Notes: generated from the sequence alone by a model not told the origin. DNA of 64,000 nucleotides from Octopus vulgaris (GCA_951406725.2 OX597815.1:101494001-101558000); one strand, 5' to 3'; positions 40,632-52,619 are shown, numbered from the stretch's first letter. Translations and numbers: made by a program.

Positions 40632-42096
40632 TCATTTAAAACAAGATTTTATTCTCATAAAAATTCATTTAAATACCCAGAGAATAGGAAGAAAACCAGC
40701 CTAGCAAAATATGTCTGGGAACTAAAAGAAAAGGAAGCCCCACCTTTCAACGTGACATGGAGCATTCTGGACAGGGCGGCACCATACAGGCATGGAGCTT
40801 ACAAAAATAATTTCAAGTGCAGACTTTGTCTATTAGAAAAAATGTACATCTTATTCAAAGACAATAATTCTTTGAATCAAAGAAGTGAGCTAATGAACTT
40901 ATGTAGGCACGCGGCTAAATTTAAAATGTCGAATATAAATATACCATATGGATAGAGTATATATTTTGTATTTTTGATTTTTGATTTTGATTTTGACTCT
41001 TGAACGATGAGCGCTACGATGGATTTTGATTTTGTTTTTGTTTCCAAGCTATGCAGATCTTAATCCGTATAGCAAAGTCTTATGTTTCTACATATATATT
41101 AGGAAAAACCTACAAACTTTGTTTTCATGTTATTGTATTGCATAGGATTACCTTGATTATTTATATTACCTTGATTATTTATAAATGACCCAAAATAGGA
41201 TGTTATATTTTATTTTATATGTCTTTCGTATATATTTTTATTAATGCACCCATTTTTTAAAAGCAATGTTTTTTTTAAAAAAAGCAATATTGTCAAAATT
41301 AGAATGTTTATATAAGTATGTGTATAGCAAAGCATATGTATTTGTAAGCATGCGTATCTGTGTATGTGTAAGTGAAAGTATGTTTGTGCTTAAGCACACA
41401 TATACACGACGGTATGTATATGTATCCATTCAAACTTGTGTATGTATACTGGTCTCTATAGATGCCAATAACACCGTTACACTGCTTGTATACATATTTT
41501 TTTTCTTATTTCGTTTTTTCCCCACCCCTCCTTCGTTCCTTTTTCTCTCTCTCCCTTTCTTTCGTTCCCCCTCCTTGCTCAGTATATGAGAATTGCTACA
41601 TAGATGAATTTTAGCTTGCGTGCGAGACGGTTTGCGTGAATATATGTACACATGCTTTTATGTGTATATTTAGATTTATATTCATACGTCTGTATATGTA
41701 TGGCGTTTACGCGCATCCTTTTGTGTATGTTGATATATATATGTAGATTTTAATATAAATATGTATTGCAGTATTTATAACAGGTTTAATTTCTATGCAT
41801 TAATTTGCACTGTCTTCATTAACGTCAATAGGTTTTTTCCTCGGATTTTATAATTTTTATAAGTTTTTTATATATATATACATATATTTTTGACCTTTTT
41901 GTTTATCGCTCGAAGATTGACCGTTTTTTCTAAAGGGCCAATCAAACAAGTCCATTTCTTTTTAAAGGTGTAGCGTTTGTAAGAGTATAGATTGAATTGA
42001 TATATCAGTTCCATTCTAGCAAAAACTGTCTGATGAACGGCAACGAGAAACTCAGAGTAACAGATTTTGTTGAATTTTCTGCTGCTTAAAATAAAG

Positions 42097-42097
<1 letters not shown>
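40632..42097 (+). mobile_element. 5'-truncated Penelope-like element: GIY-YIG endonuclease C-terminus (to 40955), AT-rich 3' region and terminal hammerhead
   Basis: FKTRFYSHKNSFK...TSLAKYVWELKE...WSILDRA.PY...CRLCLLEK..I...LNQRSELMNLCRH is the typical C-terminus of PLE GIY-YIG ORFs. The hammerhead at 42026-42063 is followed by (TA)n. Continuity of the middle part is inferred. Confidence 0.8.
42026..42063 (+). ncRNA. Minimal type-I hammerhead ribozyme motif
   Basis: ctgt CTGATGA a-cg-gcaa-cg-a GAAA ctc-a-gag TA acag. Intact core, GUA site, quasi-palindromic stem III, weak stem II. Confidence 0.75.
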
Positions 42098-42162
<65 letters not shown>

Positions 42163-42627
42163 GGGGTGGGTGGGTGGGTGCATGCAGGCTTGTATGTATG
42201 TATTTATATATATATATGTATGTATGTCTTTGTGCAGTTTTATTTCAAGATTTCTTACCAACAGAGAAAGAACCGGTTTCTAACCTAGATCCAATTCACT
42301 GGAATTTCAAGGACATTAACTAGGTATTTTTGTATGTATGTATGTATGTATGTATGTATGTATGTATGTATGTATGTATGTATGTATGTATGTATGTATA
42401 TATCTATCTATCTATGAGGTAAATTCTTATATATAGAAACCAAGTGTTCGATCCCGTTCGCCTGTCAAGTTACACAAAGAGCCTTTGTAGATTCAATTCA
42501 CAGTAAAACCAAATACATATAACTGTGCCACTGTGTATTAAATGATTCATAATTAACTGGTACTTTAGGAATTATGTATGCATATCTGTCTGCCTGTCTG
42601 TTTCTATGTATGTACGTATGTATGTAA

Positions 42628-42658
<31 letters not shown>

Positions 42659-42709
42659 TGTATGTAGGTATGTATGTATGTATGTATGTATGTATGTATG
42701 TATGTATGT

Positions 42710-42977
42710 GCTGTGTTCTTGAGCAAGACACTTTATTTCACGTTGCTCCAGTTCCCTCAGCTGTAGAAATGAGTTGCGACGTCACTGGTGCCAAGCAGTA
42801 TCAGCCTTTGCCTTTCTCTTGGGTAACATCGGTGGAGTGGAGAGGGGAGGCTGGTATGCATGGGCGTGGTATTATGGTCTTCCATAAACAACCTCGCCCA
42901 GACTTGTGCCTCGGAGAGTAACTTTCAAGGTGCAATCCCGCAATCCCATGATCATTCATGACCGAAGGTGGTCTTTA
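42710..42977 (+). mobile_element. SINE family C variant, 5'-truncated
   Basis: gtgttcttgagcaagacactttatttcacgttgctccag core followed by a different tail. Confidence 0.75.
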
Positions 42978-43238
42978 CTATATATATAAATGTATGTGTG
43001 CGTGTGTGTGTGTGCGCGCGCGCGCGCGCGTGTATGTGTGTGTGTGTGTGTGTATGTGTGTGTATGTGTGTGTGTGTGTGTGTTTATCTATAGTGAACCT
43101 TTGAAACAGGAGTATATAGAGGACAACTTGTAGACACTCATCAGCTAAAGCAGGCATGACTGTGTAGATAAGAATTTGTCTTTACAATCATGAACTTTTC
43201 TGTTCGATCCCTGTACGCTCTATATTAGACAGACACCT

Positions 43239-43350
43239 TTACTCTGAGTTTCTAGAAACTCAGAGTAACAGCCCTCGTTGAATTTCTCTGTGGATATTAT
43301 CTACCACTGGTATTTGGAAGTACTCTTTTTTCCACCTTGTTTCAAATTGA
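43239..43350 (+). mobile_element. Truncated Penelope-pLTR-like fragment starting with a perfect 30-bp palindrome
   Basis: TTACTCTGAGTTTCTAGAAACTCAGAGTAA (43239-43268). The right half continues gaaactcagagtaacag...gttgaattt as at 42047-42078. Confidence 0.7.
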
Positions 43351-43365
43351 TGTGTACGTATATAT

Positions 43366-43408
<43 letters not shown>

Positions 43409-43762
43409 AAAAAGGTGGGGGCGTCATTCTTGTGAAATATTGTGTGGCGCTGATACAGGCAATTACGTCAAAAGTGCGTATGTCTGCAGAACAATCAACC
43501 ACTTATTCGTTATATTAATGAGAGAGAGACGCTGATATTCACTTGATCGAACAACGGAATGCAACAGGTCGATACAGACGCAGGAACTAATGTGTATACT
43601 TTACAAGCTTTAGTTGATCCAACATTGCCTATGTGTATGTTGGATAACCAACTCTTTGAAAATCTTTTCCTATAGTAGTGCACATCGATTTCAGTCTTTC
43701 GTTTTCTATCAGGTATATATATTTTATTGGTCCCTATTTATTGAACGGCAAAGTTACCGGTT

Positions 43763-44000
43763 GTGGAGGCGCATGGCTTGGTGGTTAGGGTGTTAGACTT
43801 ATGATCGTAAGATTGTGGTTTCGATTTCTGGACCTGGCGAGAAGGAGTTCTTGAGCAAAACACTCCATTTTACATCGTTTCGGTCCTCTCAGCTGGCGAA
43901 AATGAGTAATCTTGCGAGGGACCGGCGTCCCATCCAGGTGGGGAATATACATGGAAACCGGGAAACCAGCCCTTGTGAGTCGGTATGACACGAGAAGGAA
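43763..44000 (+). mobile_element. SINE family C
   Basis: ggaggcgcatggcttggtggttagg...gatcgtaagattgtggtttcgat; tail shared with 10200-10310 and 35975-36075. Confidence 0.85.
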
Positions 44001-45870
44001 ACTTTAACTTAAAGTTACCGGTTTTGCCATAATGGGACTGAACTCAACACTGTGATTAAAACAAACACGGGCAGAGACATACTTATCATATACGTATGTA
44101 TGCACACACGCACGCACGCACGCACACAGACAGACACACACACATACACACACAAGCACACGCACAAATGTACTTTGGTATAAGTATGTATGTATAGAAG
44201 CTAAACGTTCTTGAAACATAACTGAGTATCCCGCTACCGATTATTAAAACGATAGAAGTGAGTAAGCGTGATAATATACAAACAAATATATACGCGAGTA
44301 CATCGAAATATCATTAGCGAACATTACATCGAAATTTCATTGCTTGCTAGAAATGGTGTTCGAAAAACGTGCTACGCGCTACATACAGCTCTACTCAGTT
44401 ACGTGCGGAACACGCTATGATTTCATATTTTCATTTAGTTATCTACAACAAATACTAAAGTTAAGCATGTGTCCTATATTATATGTGTAAAATACACAAG
44501 TAAAGAGTATTGTTGAAGAATGTTTTTGTATGTGTTGATGGCTAAATAGGAATACACTCTATCTATAAAGCAATTTTATGTATTTAGCAAGTTAAATCCT
44601 GTTTTACACACACATGTATGTGTGAGTGTATATGTGTCTGTATGTGAGTGTATATATGTGTTCTCAACGAGTTAGAAAAAATACAGAGAAACATATTCCT
44701 TTCTACTCTTAGCACAAGGCCCGAAATTTTGGGGGAAGGGGCCAGTTGATTAGATCGAATCCAGTTTGCAACTGGTACTTAATTTATCGACCCGAAAATA
44801 GAAACTACATTCAGTAGGTTCCAGAGGGACTCGAACACTCGGCTCCCAGCTTCACTGAAGCTCTATCGACTTGGGCTCTACGTAGCCACATACAAAAAAA
44901 AAACGTATTACAACAAAATATATGACGCAGTCATCAGTGAAGTTTAAAGCAACTACAACCGCAGCAGCAGCAACAATGTAAACAATAACCACGTATGGCA
45001 ACGTCTTTAGCAGTAGTTGTTCAGTTCAAATCAGCCATATTTGAACATGTCTATGATCATAGTTACCCAGCCGTGACGATCTCGTCTTCGTTTTTTCCGA
45101 TGTAATTTTTCTACGACTACATTAATGTAACTTTTTGTGGACTGTAGAGTGTATTTTAAGGGAGAATTGGCTGCTATTTCAAACATCAGCGCTACTACAG
45201 ACCAACAACGAAGCTAGAAGCAGCTGAATATATCTTAAACCACAAGCAGTGATTTTAAAATGAAGAGCATTTTAGATACTTCCTCAGATCTTTGGCTCAT
45301 TTTAGCCGTCTCAGAAAAAAGTAAAGGCCTTGCAGGAGCAGTCGTGGATCAGGACTGACCTGTAGCACAAAAGATTGTTGTCACTGAACGCGATAAACCC
45401 CATCATATTTACTTATATCACCATCAATATTTATTATATCATCCTTAACATCACCATAATCACTACAATCATCACTACTACCGTCATTACTGCCACATAT
45501 ACCATCACTAGCACCACCACCACCGCTGCCGCCGCCACCCTACTAACTCCACCAGATGGTGTTAGCTGTAGCTTTCTTGTTTCTATCATTCACACAGTAA
45601 ATAATTTGTCGTTTAGAAACTAGTTTTTTTTTATTTAGTGTAACTAATTAACTAATTATCACCAATAACATATTCATTTATTTGTTCTATGGTCTATTAC
45701 TTAATTTTTCTCGCTCTTTATTGTGATATCAGCATAGATTATAAAGTCTCTGATTACAGTGCCATCTGGCATTGATTACATCAAAATGGAATAAGGACAG
45801 CTGTAGGAACCAGTGTACTTCGTTTGTTTTTACTTAGACCTTCCTTCATTTGGTCTCTTAATACACAGCA

Positions 45871-45871
<1 letters not shown>

Positions 45872-45930
<59 letters not shown>

Positions 45931-46030
45931 GTTATTGTTGTTGTTATTATTATTGTTATTGTTGTTGTTATTATTATTGTTATTAATATTATTATCATTA
46001 TTAATATTATTATTATTATTATTGTTATTA
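45872..46030. repeat. (TTA)n microsatellite
   Basis: Direct reading. Confidence 0.95.
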
Positions 46031-46032
46031 AG

Positions 46033-46470
46033 GAGCGCTCGATCATGCTTGCTCTGGTAGATTCTATGAGAGCGGAGAGCAGCCTGCGAAAAGCTTAGTA
46101 GTATTTCGTTCGTCTTTACGTTCTGAGTTCAAATTCCGTCGAGGTCGAATTTACCTTTCATACTTTCAGAATCGATAAATTAAGTATCAGTGAAACACTG
46201 AGGTCGATGTTATCGACCAATCCCCTTTTCTCTAATTTCAGGCCTCGTGCCTATAGTAGAACGGGTTATTATTATCATTTTACTTCTCAGAGCGCTCGAT
46301 CATGCTTGCTCTGGTAGATTCTATGAGAGCGGAGAGCAGCCTGCGAAATGCTTAGTAGTATTTCGTCCGTCTTTACGTTCTGAGTTCAAATTCTACCGAG
46401 GTTAACTTTGCCTTTCATCCTTCCGGGTTGATAAAATAAAAATTTCTGGCCTTGTACCAAAATTATAAAT
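46033..46470 (+). mobile_element. Two tandem SINE B copies sharing an atypical 5' segment
   Basis: gagcgctcgatcatgcttgctctggtagattctatgagagcggagagcagcctgcgaaa is identical at ~46033 and ~46290. Confidence 0.8.
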
Positions 46471-47302
46471 CAATATTTCAGCACAAGTCCATCTTTGCAA
46501 TATCATAGGCACAAGAACAAAGCAATGCGTGACCCCAACATAAATAATATATATATATGTATACCACATCATACATAAATCAGCATTGGAGATCCTATAC
46601 TCATGGGGGTCTTCTTGAAAGTGATCAGCGTGGCCAAGCACTAAGATAGCATTGCTCCTGCATTCAGTACTATGACTGACCTATACAAAAAATTAAAAAA
46701 TATATAGCATTATTCTACATGTTTTTTTTTAAGATGATAGTTTGTGATTTAAAAGCGGTGTGTGGTAGATGGAACCTGAGTTGAGATGATATGCAGCTGA
46801 CCCTTTTTTGAGGAACAGAGATCATTCTGGTTGGCAGTGCGTGAGAAAAGCAGATGTTGCAGTATGTCGGTGAGTCGGTAGCTTTGCTATGAATACAGTC
46901 GAGGTTGTCCGTGCACTTTGGAACAACGTGGTATTTATAAGAGCAGTACATACACTGTGAATATTTCTTGAACTTTGAAATGCTTCAGTAACTGATCGGT
47001 GTTGAAGTATTTCGGATTCTGAAGTGGAAGCTGTAAATAAACATATGCAGCAGTGTGAGAGTTTGTGAATGAAGGAATCAATGTGTAAGTAGATATGCGA
47101 GGGAATGATAACAGAGTGTGATTGGATAAATGATTGAGAAAAAGAGGATGAGGATGAAGACGAAGAAGAGGAAGTGAATAGTTGAATGAGTCAATAAGCA
47201 AGCGAGCAAAGAGAGAAAGTGAGAGAGGGAGGGAGTGATGGGGAAACAGAAATGAGAGAGAAAAAAGTGACACACACACACGTATACATATATATATGCA
47301 AG

Positions 47303-47336
<34 letters not shown>

Positions 47337-47871
47337 TGATGAATCATAGATATAGTTTGCTTCTTATTGATCTAGAAACAAGATTTACAAGAGGTGCGTG
47401 GAAAAGGGTTGTATTATGATATCATGCTTTCCGAGGTCAATAAAACAAGTACCAGTGAAGTACTGAAGTAGTTACAACCGTTCCCTTGCAGTAGCAGACG
47501 GCCTCGGTGTTCTTCCACTTAGCGTGGCCTTCATAGTTAACCGAATTTCGAATTCAGAACGCAAAGATTCGGAATATATAGAGAAGGCACCTTAACACAG
47601 GCTCTAACAATACCACCAATTCACCGTTCTTCTCTGGTACTTATTTTATCGACCGGAAAGGATGAAAGGCAAAGTTGATCTCGGTAGGGATTTGATCACA
47701 AAGCGTAAAATTCGATGGAATAAATACGGCAAGGCATTCCAAATGGTACCATAATGTCTTTGCCAATTTGTCACCTTTATTGTAACGAGCTGTCCCCTAT
47801 TTCAAAAGAAATAATCGTATCCCTGTACATAAAGGCATATGATTTGAACTTTAATATTACCTTTGAAGTTA

Positions 47872-48060
47872 AGGCAGCGAGCTGGCACAATGGTTAGTAC
47901 GTCGGGAAAAATATTTAGCAGCGTTTCGTCCGTCTTTGCATTCTGAGTTCAAATTCCGTCGAGGTCGACTTTCGGGGTCGATAAGTTAAGCATTAAGGTC
48001 GATATAATCAACTTATTCTTTCCTCAAAACTAGCTCGCCCTGCGCAAAAATTTGAAATCA
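47872..48060 (+). mobile_element. SINE family B, diverged
   Basis: aggcagcgagctggcac...ttctgagttcaaattccgtcgaggtcgact. Confidence 0.8.
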
Positions 48061-48218
48061 CTATAATTGTTGAACTTTAAATCCAGTCAAAGTGGTTTTG
48101 CTCTTCATCTTTTCGCGATTCATCATATATCAATCGATCTAATTGACTAGTCCCTACTTCATAATTTCTGACACCACTGTGTCTATGTAAAAATCCTTGC
48201 TTACACCTAAAATACGAA

Positions 48219-48822
48219 ATTCAGCAGTCCACTGTAAGTGTCGTTATTGATATGTGTCTTGTGGCATGCATTTCGGATCATTACATTCTGAGTTCAAATC
48301 CTGCCGAGGTCAAGTTTACATCGTTTGCAATCTGTTAAATAAATAATAATGTTAGTAATCAAAGGAAGTCCCTACCTGATCGCACGACCAGCTAAAAATA
48401 ACAGTCAACGCAAATCCTACCTTGCCATCGTAAAAACGACACGCAGGATGATGAGTATCTCGTGTCATTATAATCGACTGTAACTCAACGTGCAGAATTT
48501 TAAGTCTTCTTCATATTTTTTAAATCGACATAAGCTGTCCTAAAATTTCAAATTGCAATACATTAATAAATTAATACCAGTTATACTCATCATCCTGCAT
48601 GTCGTTTTTACGATGGCAAGGTAGGGTTCGTGTTGACTATTATTTCTAGCAGGTCGTGCAATCAGGTAGGGACTTCCTTTGATTACTAACATTATTATTT
48701 ATTTAACAGATTGCAAACGATATAAACTTGACCTCGGCAGGATTTGAGCTCAGAATATAATGATCCGAAATACATGTCATAAGACATATATCAATAACGA
48801 CACTTACAGTGGACTGCTGAAT
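48219..48822. repeat. 240-bp inverted duplication with 124-bp spacer
   Basis: 48219-48458 vs 48583-48822: about 15 substitutions by hand count, no indels. Confidence 0.95.
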
Positions 48823-48931
48823 GTTATATTTTATAACTGGTATTAATCTAAAATTCAATATGTGTGTATGTATGTATGTATGTATGTATGTATGTATGTA
48901 TGTATGTATGTATGTATGTATGTAGTATGTA

Positions 48932-49351
48932 TACTGTTATATTTCAGAATAATTTTTTTTGGGCAAATAAACACACGCATTATATAGTCGTTCTTCACTT
49001 CAGCTTTGTTATTGTTCTTACTTTTGTGTCCTGTGTCTGAAATCTTTCGTCACACGTCCTGTGACCTCTTCAGCAAGTCATCATTCAACGTGTTCCTCCT
49101 GTTCTGTTTAGTCATTTCTGTCTTTCTACGTAAAAAAAGTCAGAAGAGGAGGAGACACGTGGGATGGAGAGTCGCTCAAGAGGCGACGGGACGTGTGACG
49201 AAATATTTCAAACAAAGGACATAAAAATAAGAACAATAATAATGCTGAAGTGTTGAACGAATATGCAATGTGTGAGTTAATTTGGTTAAAAAAGAAGACC
49301 ATTCCGAAATATGACATGTTTCAATATACGATTTCACATCAGACATATTGC
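48932..49351. repeat. Diverged ~180-bp foldback with a decayed minus-strand hammerhead at its right end
   Basis: 48932-49106 vs 49140-49320 (e.g. tttcgtcacacgtcc / ggacgtgtgacgaaa). Minus 49351-49306 reads aatatgt CTGATGT gaaatcgtatatt GAAA catg TC atattt. Confidence 0.8.
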
Positions 49352-49365
49352 AAAACAAATGCATG

Positions 49366-49396
<31 letters not shown>

Positions 49397-49398
49397 TA

Positions 49399-49728
49399 GA
49401 AAAAAAACACCTTCTATCAATTCAACAATGAAATAATTAAATTATACCATTTAGAAAAAATTACATCTTATAGAAAAATTAAATATAAGATAAAACAAAT
49501 ACCAATGATTAAGTAATATGCAAAATAATAAATAAAAAGTATATATTTGATAGAAACACATGTAGTTATTCTACCAAATATATACGTTTTATTTATTATT
49601 TTGCACATTACTTAATCATTGGTATATGTTTTATCTTATATTTAATTTTTCTATAAGATGTAATTTTTTTTCTAAATGGTATAATTTAATTTTTTCAATG
49701 TTGAAAATTGATAGAAGGTGCTTTTTTC
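49399..49728. repeat. AT-rich ~330-bp palindrome between (TA)n tracts
   Basis: Arms 49399-49555 and 49569-49728 with a 13-bp spacer. Confidence 0.93.
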
Positions 49729-49730
49729 AA

Positions 49731-49812
<82 letters not shown>

Positions 49813-49848
49813 CATAAAAATATATATCTACATACATATATTTCTACA

Positions 49849-50780
49849 TACATGCATATATGGGCACAGGACACCACGGAACATAAACAACATAAAATAA
49901 ACACAAATTACGAAAATGACATGAAATACGAAATACGACAACATGGAATACGAACTTTCTTTTGCGAACAACGAAAGAAACAAACAGAAAACAAAACAAG
50001 AAACGTGAAAAAGTGACCTTCCATCAGTTGGCTGTTTTTCTACTTCGTATTTCGAGCATTTCACACCAACATACGTTTTCGACATAAAGTTTGCTCCCGC
50101 AAAACAAATTTAATAAAATTTGGAATTTGGGGGTCAAAGTTGGCAACAAAAACAAGACAGTGAGGTTTCTCTATTTTCTTTATCTCCTCTTTTCTCCTTT
50201 TCGTTTTCCTCTTTGATCCTTCTTTCCCCCTCCACTTCGCCGTTCTCTGTCTGTCCCTGTCTCGCTCCCTCACTCTTCCGCCTTTGCTCTCTTGTGGCTC
50301 GCACGTGACCGTCGGCCATCTTTCTTCTCCTAACTTGTATTTCTTTCTTTCTTTCTCATCAGTCATAGGGATTGGACGCATTCTTGTCTGTTTCTGTCAG
50401 AGCTTGTTTCTCCGCGTTCACCAACTCAACTCGTCAAGGCTTAGCAGCCCTTGCTGTCAGTTTTCACTGTCTTGTTTTTGTTGCCAACTTTGACCATCCG
50501 CAAAATCCCAAATTTTATCTAATTTGTTTTGCGGGAGCAGCTGTTATGTCGAAAACGTATCTTCTGAAATACTCGAAATACGAAATAGAAAACAGTTAAC
50601 AACTGATGATGGGTCGGTTTCTCGTGTTGCTTGTCGTGTTTTCTGTTTTTTTTTGTTTCGTTGTTCGCAAAAATTTCGTATTTCATGTTGTCGTATTTCG
50701 TATTTCATGTTGCTTTCGTAATTTATGTTTATTTCATGTTGCTTACGTTCCGTGGTGTCCTGTGCCTATATATGCATGTA
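49849..50780. repeat. ~315-bp inverted repeats around a 300-bp spacer
   Basis: 49849-50163 vs 50464-50780. Spacer plus right arm resemble 36200-36680. Confidence 0.92.
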
Positions 50781-50883
50781 TAAGCAAATATATGTATGTA
50801 CATATATACTTTTATATTATTTATGTTATATTATCGAACGCCACGCATCCATTTCCAAATAAGTTTTATCATATACACACACA

Positions 50884-51046
50884 TATCAAAGCAGTTTGGT
50901 TCAAATTCGTTGGTACTCCGAGAGTTCAAGCGTGATGCTAATATTCAACCATTTTGAATTTGAATTCAAATTTAAAATGGCTGCAGATTAGCATCAAGCT
51001 TGAGACTCTCGGAGCACCAGCGAATTTGAATAAAACTGTTTTGATA
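50884..51046. repeat. ~160-bp spacerless imperfect palindrome
   Basis: Centred on GAATTC at 50962-50967; arms include ttcaaattcgttggtactccgagagt / actctcggagcaccagcgaatttgaa. Confidence 0.9.
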
Positions 51047-51099
51047 AATACATGTAATTCCCAATAAATGTGTTGAGCTTCCTTCTTTCGTTCGTCCAC

Positions 51100-51131
<32 letters not shown>

Positions 51132-51186
51132 TTAAATAACTAGTCTCTTTAAAAGAGAACAGCGGCAGCGTTCCCGGAAAATAATA

Positions 51187-51577
51187 AGTTATCGCCATAC
51201 TAATATGGCATTCTTATAAAAAATAAGAAAAAAGCTGTCCGCTTATTAGCTCCATGAGGCCATCGCCTTAAGTTAGCTATTATTGAAAACAAGTGGATGT
51301 ATTCCACCGAAGCTAGGTAAATAAAACCATCGAACAGAGATTGTCGGAAGCGACACCTACTGGCTGGCTACGCTGCATTGAAAAGGGGCAATACCCCGAA
51401 ACGCGTCTGTAGCTGCCGGTCAAGTAGTGTGGAGCGACTGACCTCCCTTGTTCGAAGGTTATATGGATACAGTTTGTGTATCAAATAGCTAACTTAAGGC
51501 GATGGCCTCATGGAGCTAACAAGCGGACAGCTTTTTTCTTATTTTTATAAGAATGCCATATTAGTATGGCGATAACT
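51187..51577 (+). mobile_element. ~390-bp element with ~95-bp near-perfect terminal inverted repeats enclosing a hammerhead
   Basis: 51187-51281 vs 51484-51577, with 1-2 differences. Confidence 0.88.
51353..51428 (+). ncRNA. Type-I hammerhead ribozyme with U3-A8 covariant core
   Basis: gctgca TTGAAAA gggg-caata-cccc GAAA cgcg TC tgtagc. Extended stem I ctactggctggc / gccggtcaagtag; palindromic ACGCGT stem III; GUC site after 51407. Confidence 0.75.
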
Positions 51578-51604
51578 ATTATATATGTATACATATATAT
51601 TATC

Positions 51605-51775
51605 CCAATACATTTTTTCTCTCCCCGTTTTTTCTCTCTCCTCTTAATCCTTTCTATCCATGAGCACAGGCTCGAAACATCAAAGACTTTTCCATTCTTC
51701 CCGAGCGTTAAACTATTGCATCTGCTTGTTGTTCCTTCACCTATCTTGTTTTGTTTTCTTTAAATTTGAACTATA
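51605..51775 (+). mobile_element. Short (TA)n-flanked element with decayed hammerhead (same family as 52620-52830)
   Basis: cttt ctatcca t gagc-acag-gctc GAAA catc aaag, followed by an ~90-bp tail. Confidence 0.65.
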
Positions 51776-51869
51776 TATACACACACAATATATATTTATA
51801 TATGCGTATGTGCATGTATGTATATATGTGTATGTGTGCGTGCGTGCGTGTGTATGTGTGTGTATGTAC

Positions 51870-51911
<42 letters not shown>

Positions 51912-52558
51912 GCACATACACATAGATAAATATATTGTGTGTGTGTATATGTATATATATATATATATGCGTATGTATGAGAGTATGTGTGTGCATGTGA
52001 ATGCATGCGTGTGTGTATGAATATTATAATTATGTATATATACGCATGTGGGCATGATTTCTCTTTTGATATAATACTCATTGCGAAAGGATATATTTCG
52101 AAAATATACATATAGATGTTCTGGACATGACAGAAATATCTTTGACTATAGGACTGCTCGGTCAGGCTTGATCCGAATTAAGCAACAGCAACAACCATTA
52201 TGGAAAGGATGTAGATCTGGAAGAGTTAACACAGACGGAATTCTCTCGTATGACATATTATTATTCCGAATTCTATTCCACAGTCATGCTGTCACAGTGG
52301 AAAATACTGGTGAAATGCGGTAGTCGTTTTAACATTCTTTATCCCGACCAAATTTTGAAACTAGTTTATAACATTTTCAAAAAAGTCAATTATTGATCCG
52401 CGTGGTGTGGGAATAATCTCCACAGTAGGTCGAACTTGTGAATAGTTTACGGTACCTGGCCTTAACCGCTTCACTTATAATGTTAATGTCCTTGAAGTAA
52501 TGTATATCAATATTGCACATTCTCATATATTTTACAGAAAAGAAGTATGTATACATAA

Positions 52559-52612
<54 letters not shown>

Positions 52613-52619
52613 ATATCGC

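Noticed and set aside
46700-47035. Minus-strand acceptor (tttatttacag) and open frames as a host exon
   Set aside because: No recognisable protein or clear donor site; may be a decayed LINE remnant. Insufficient support.
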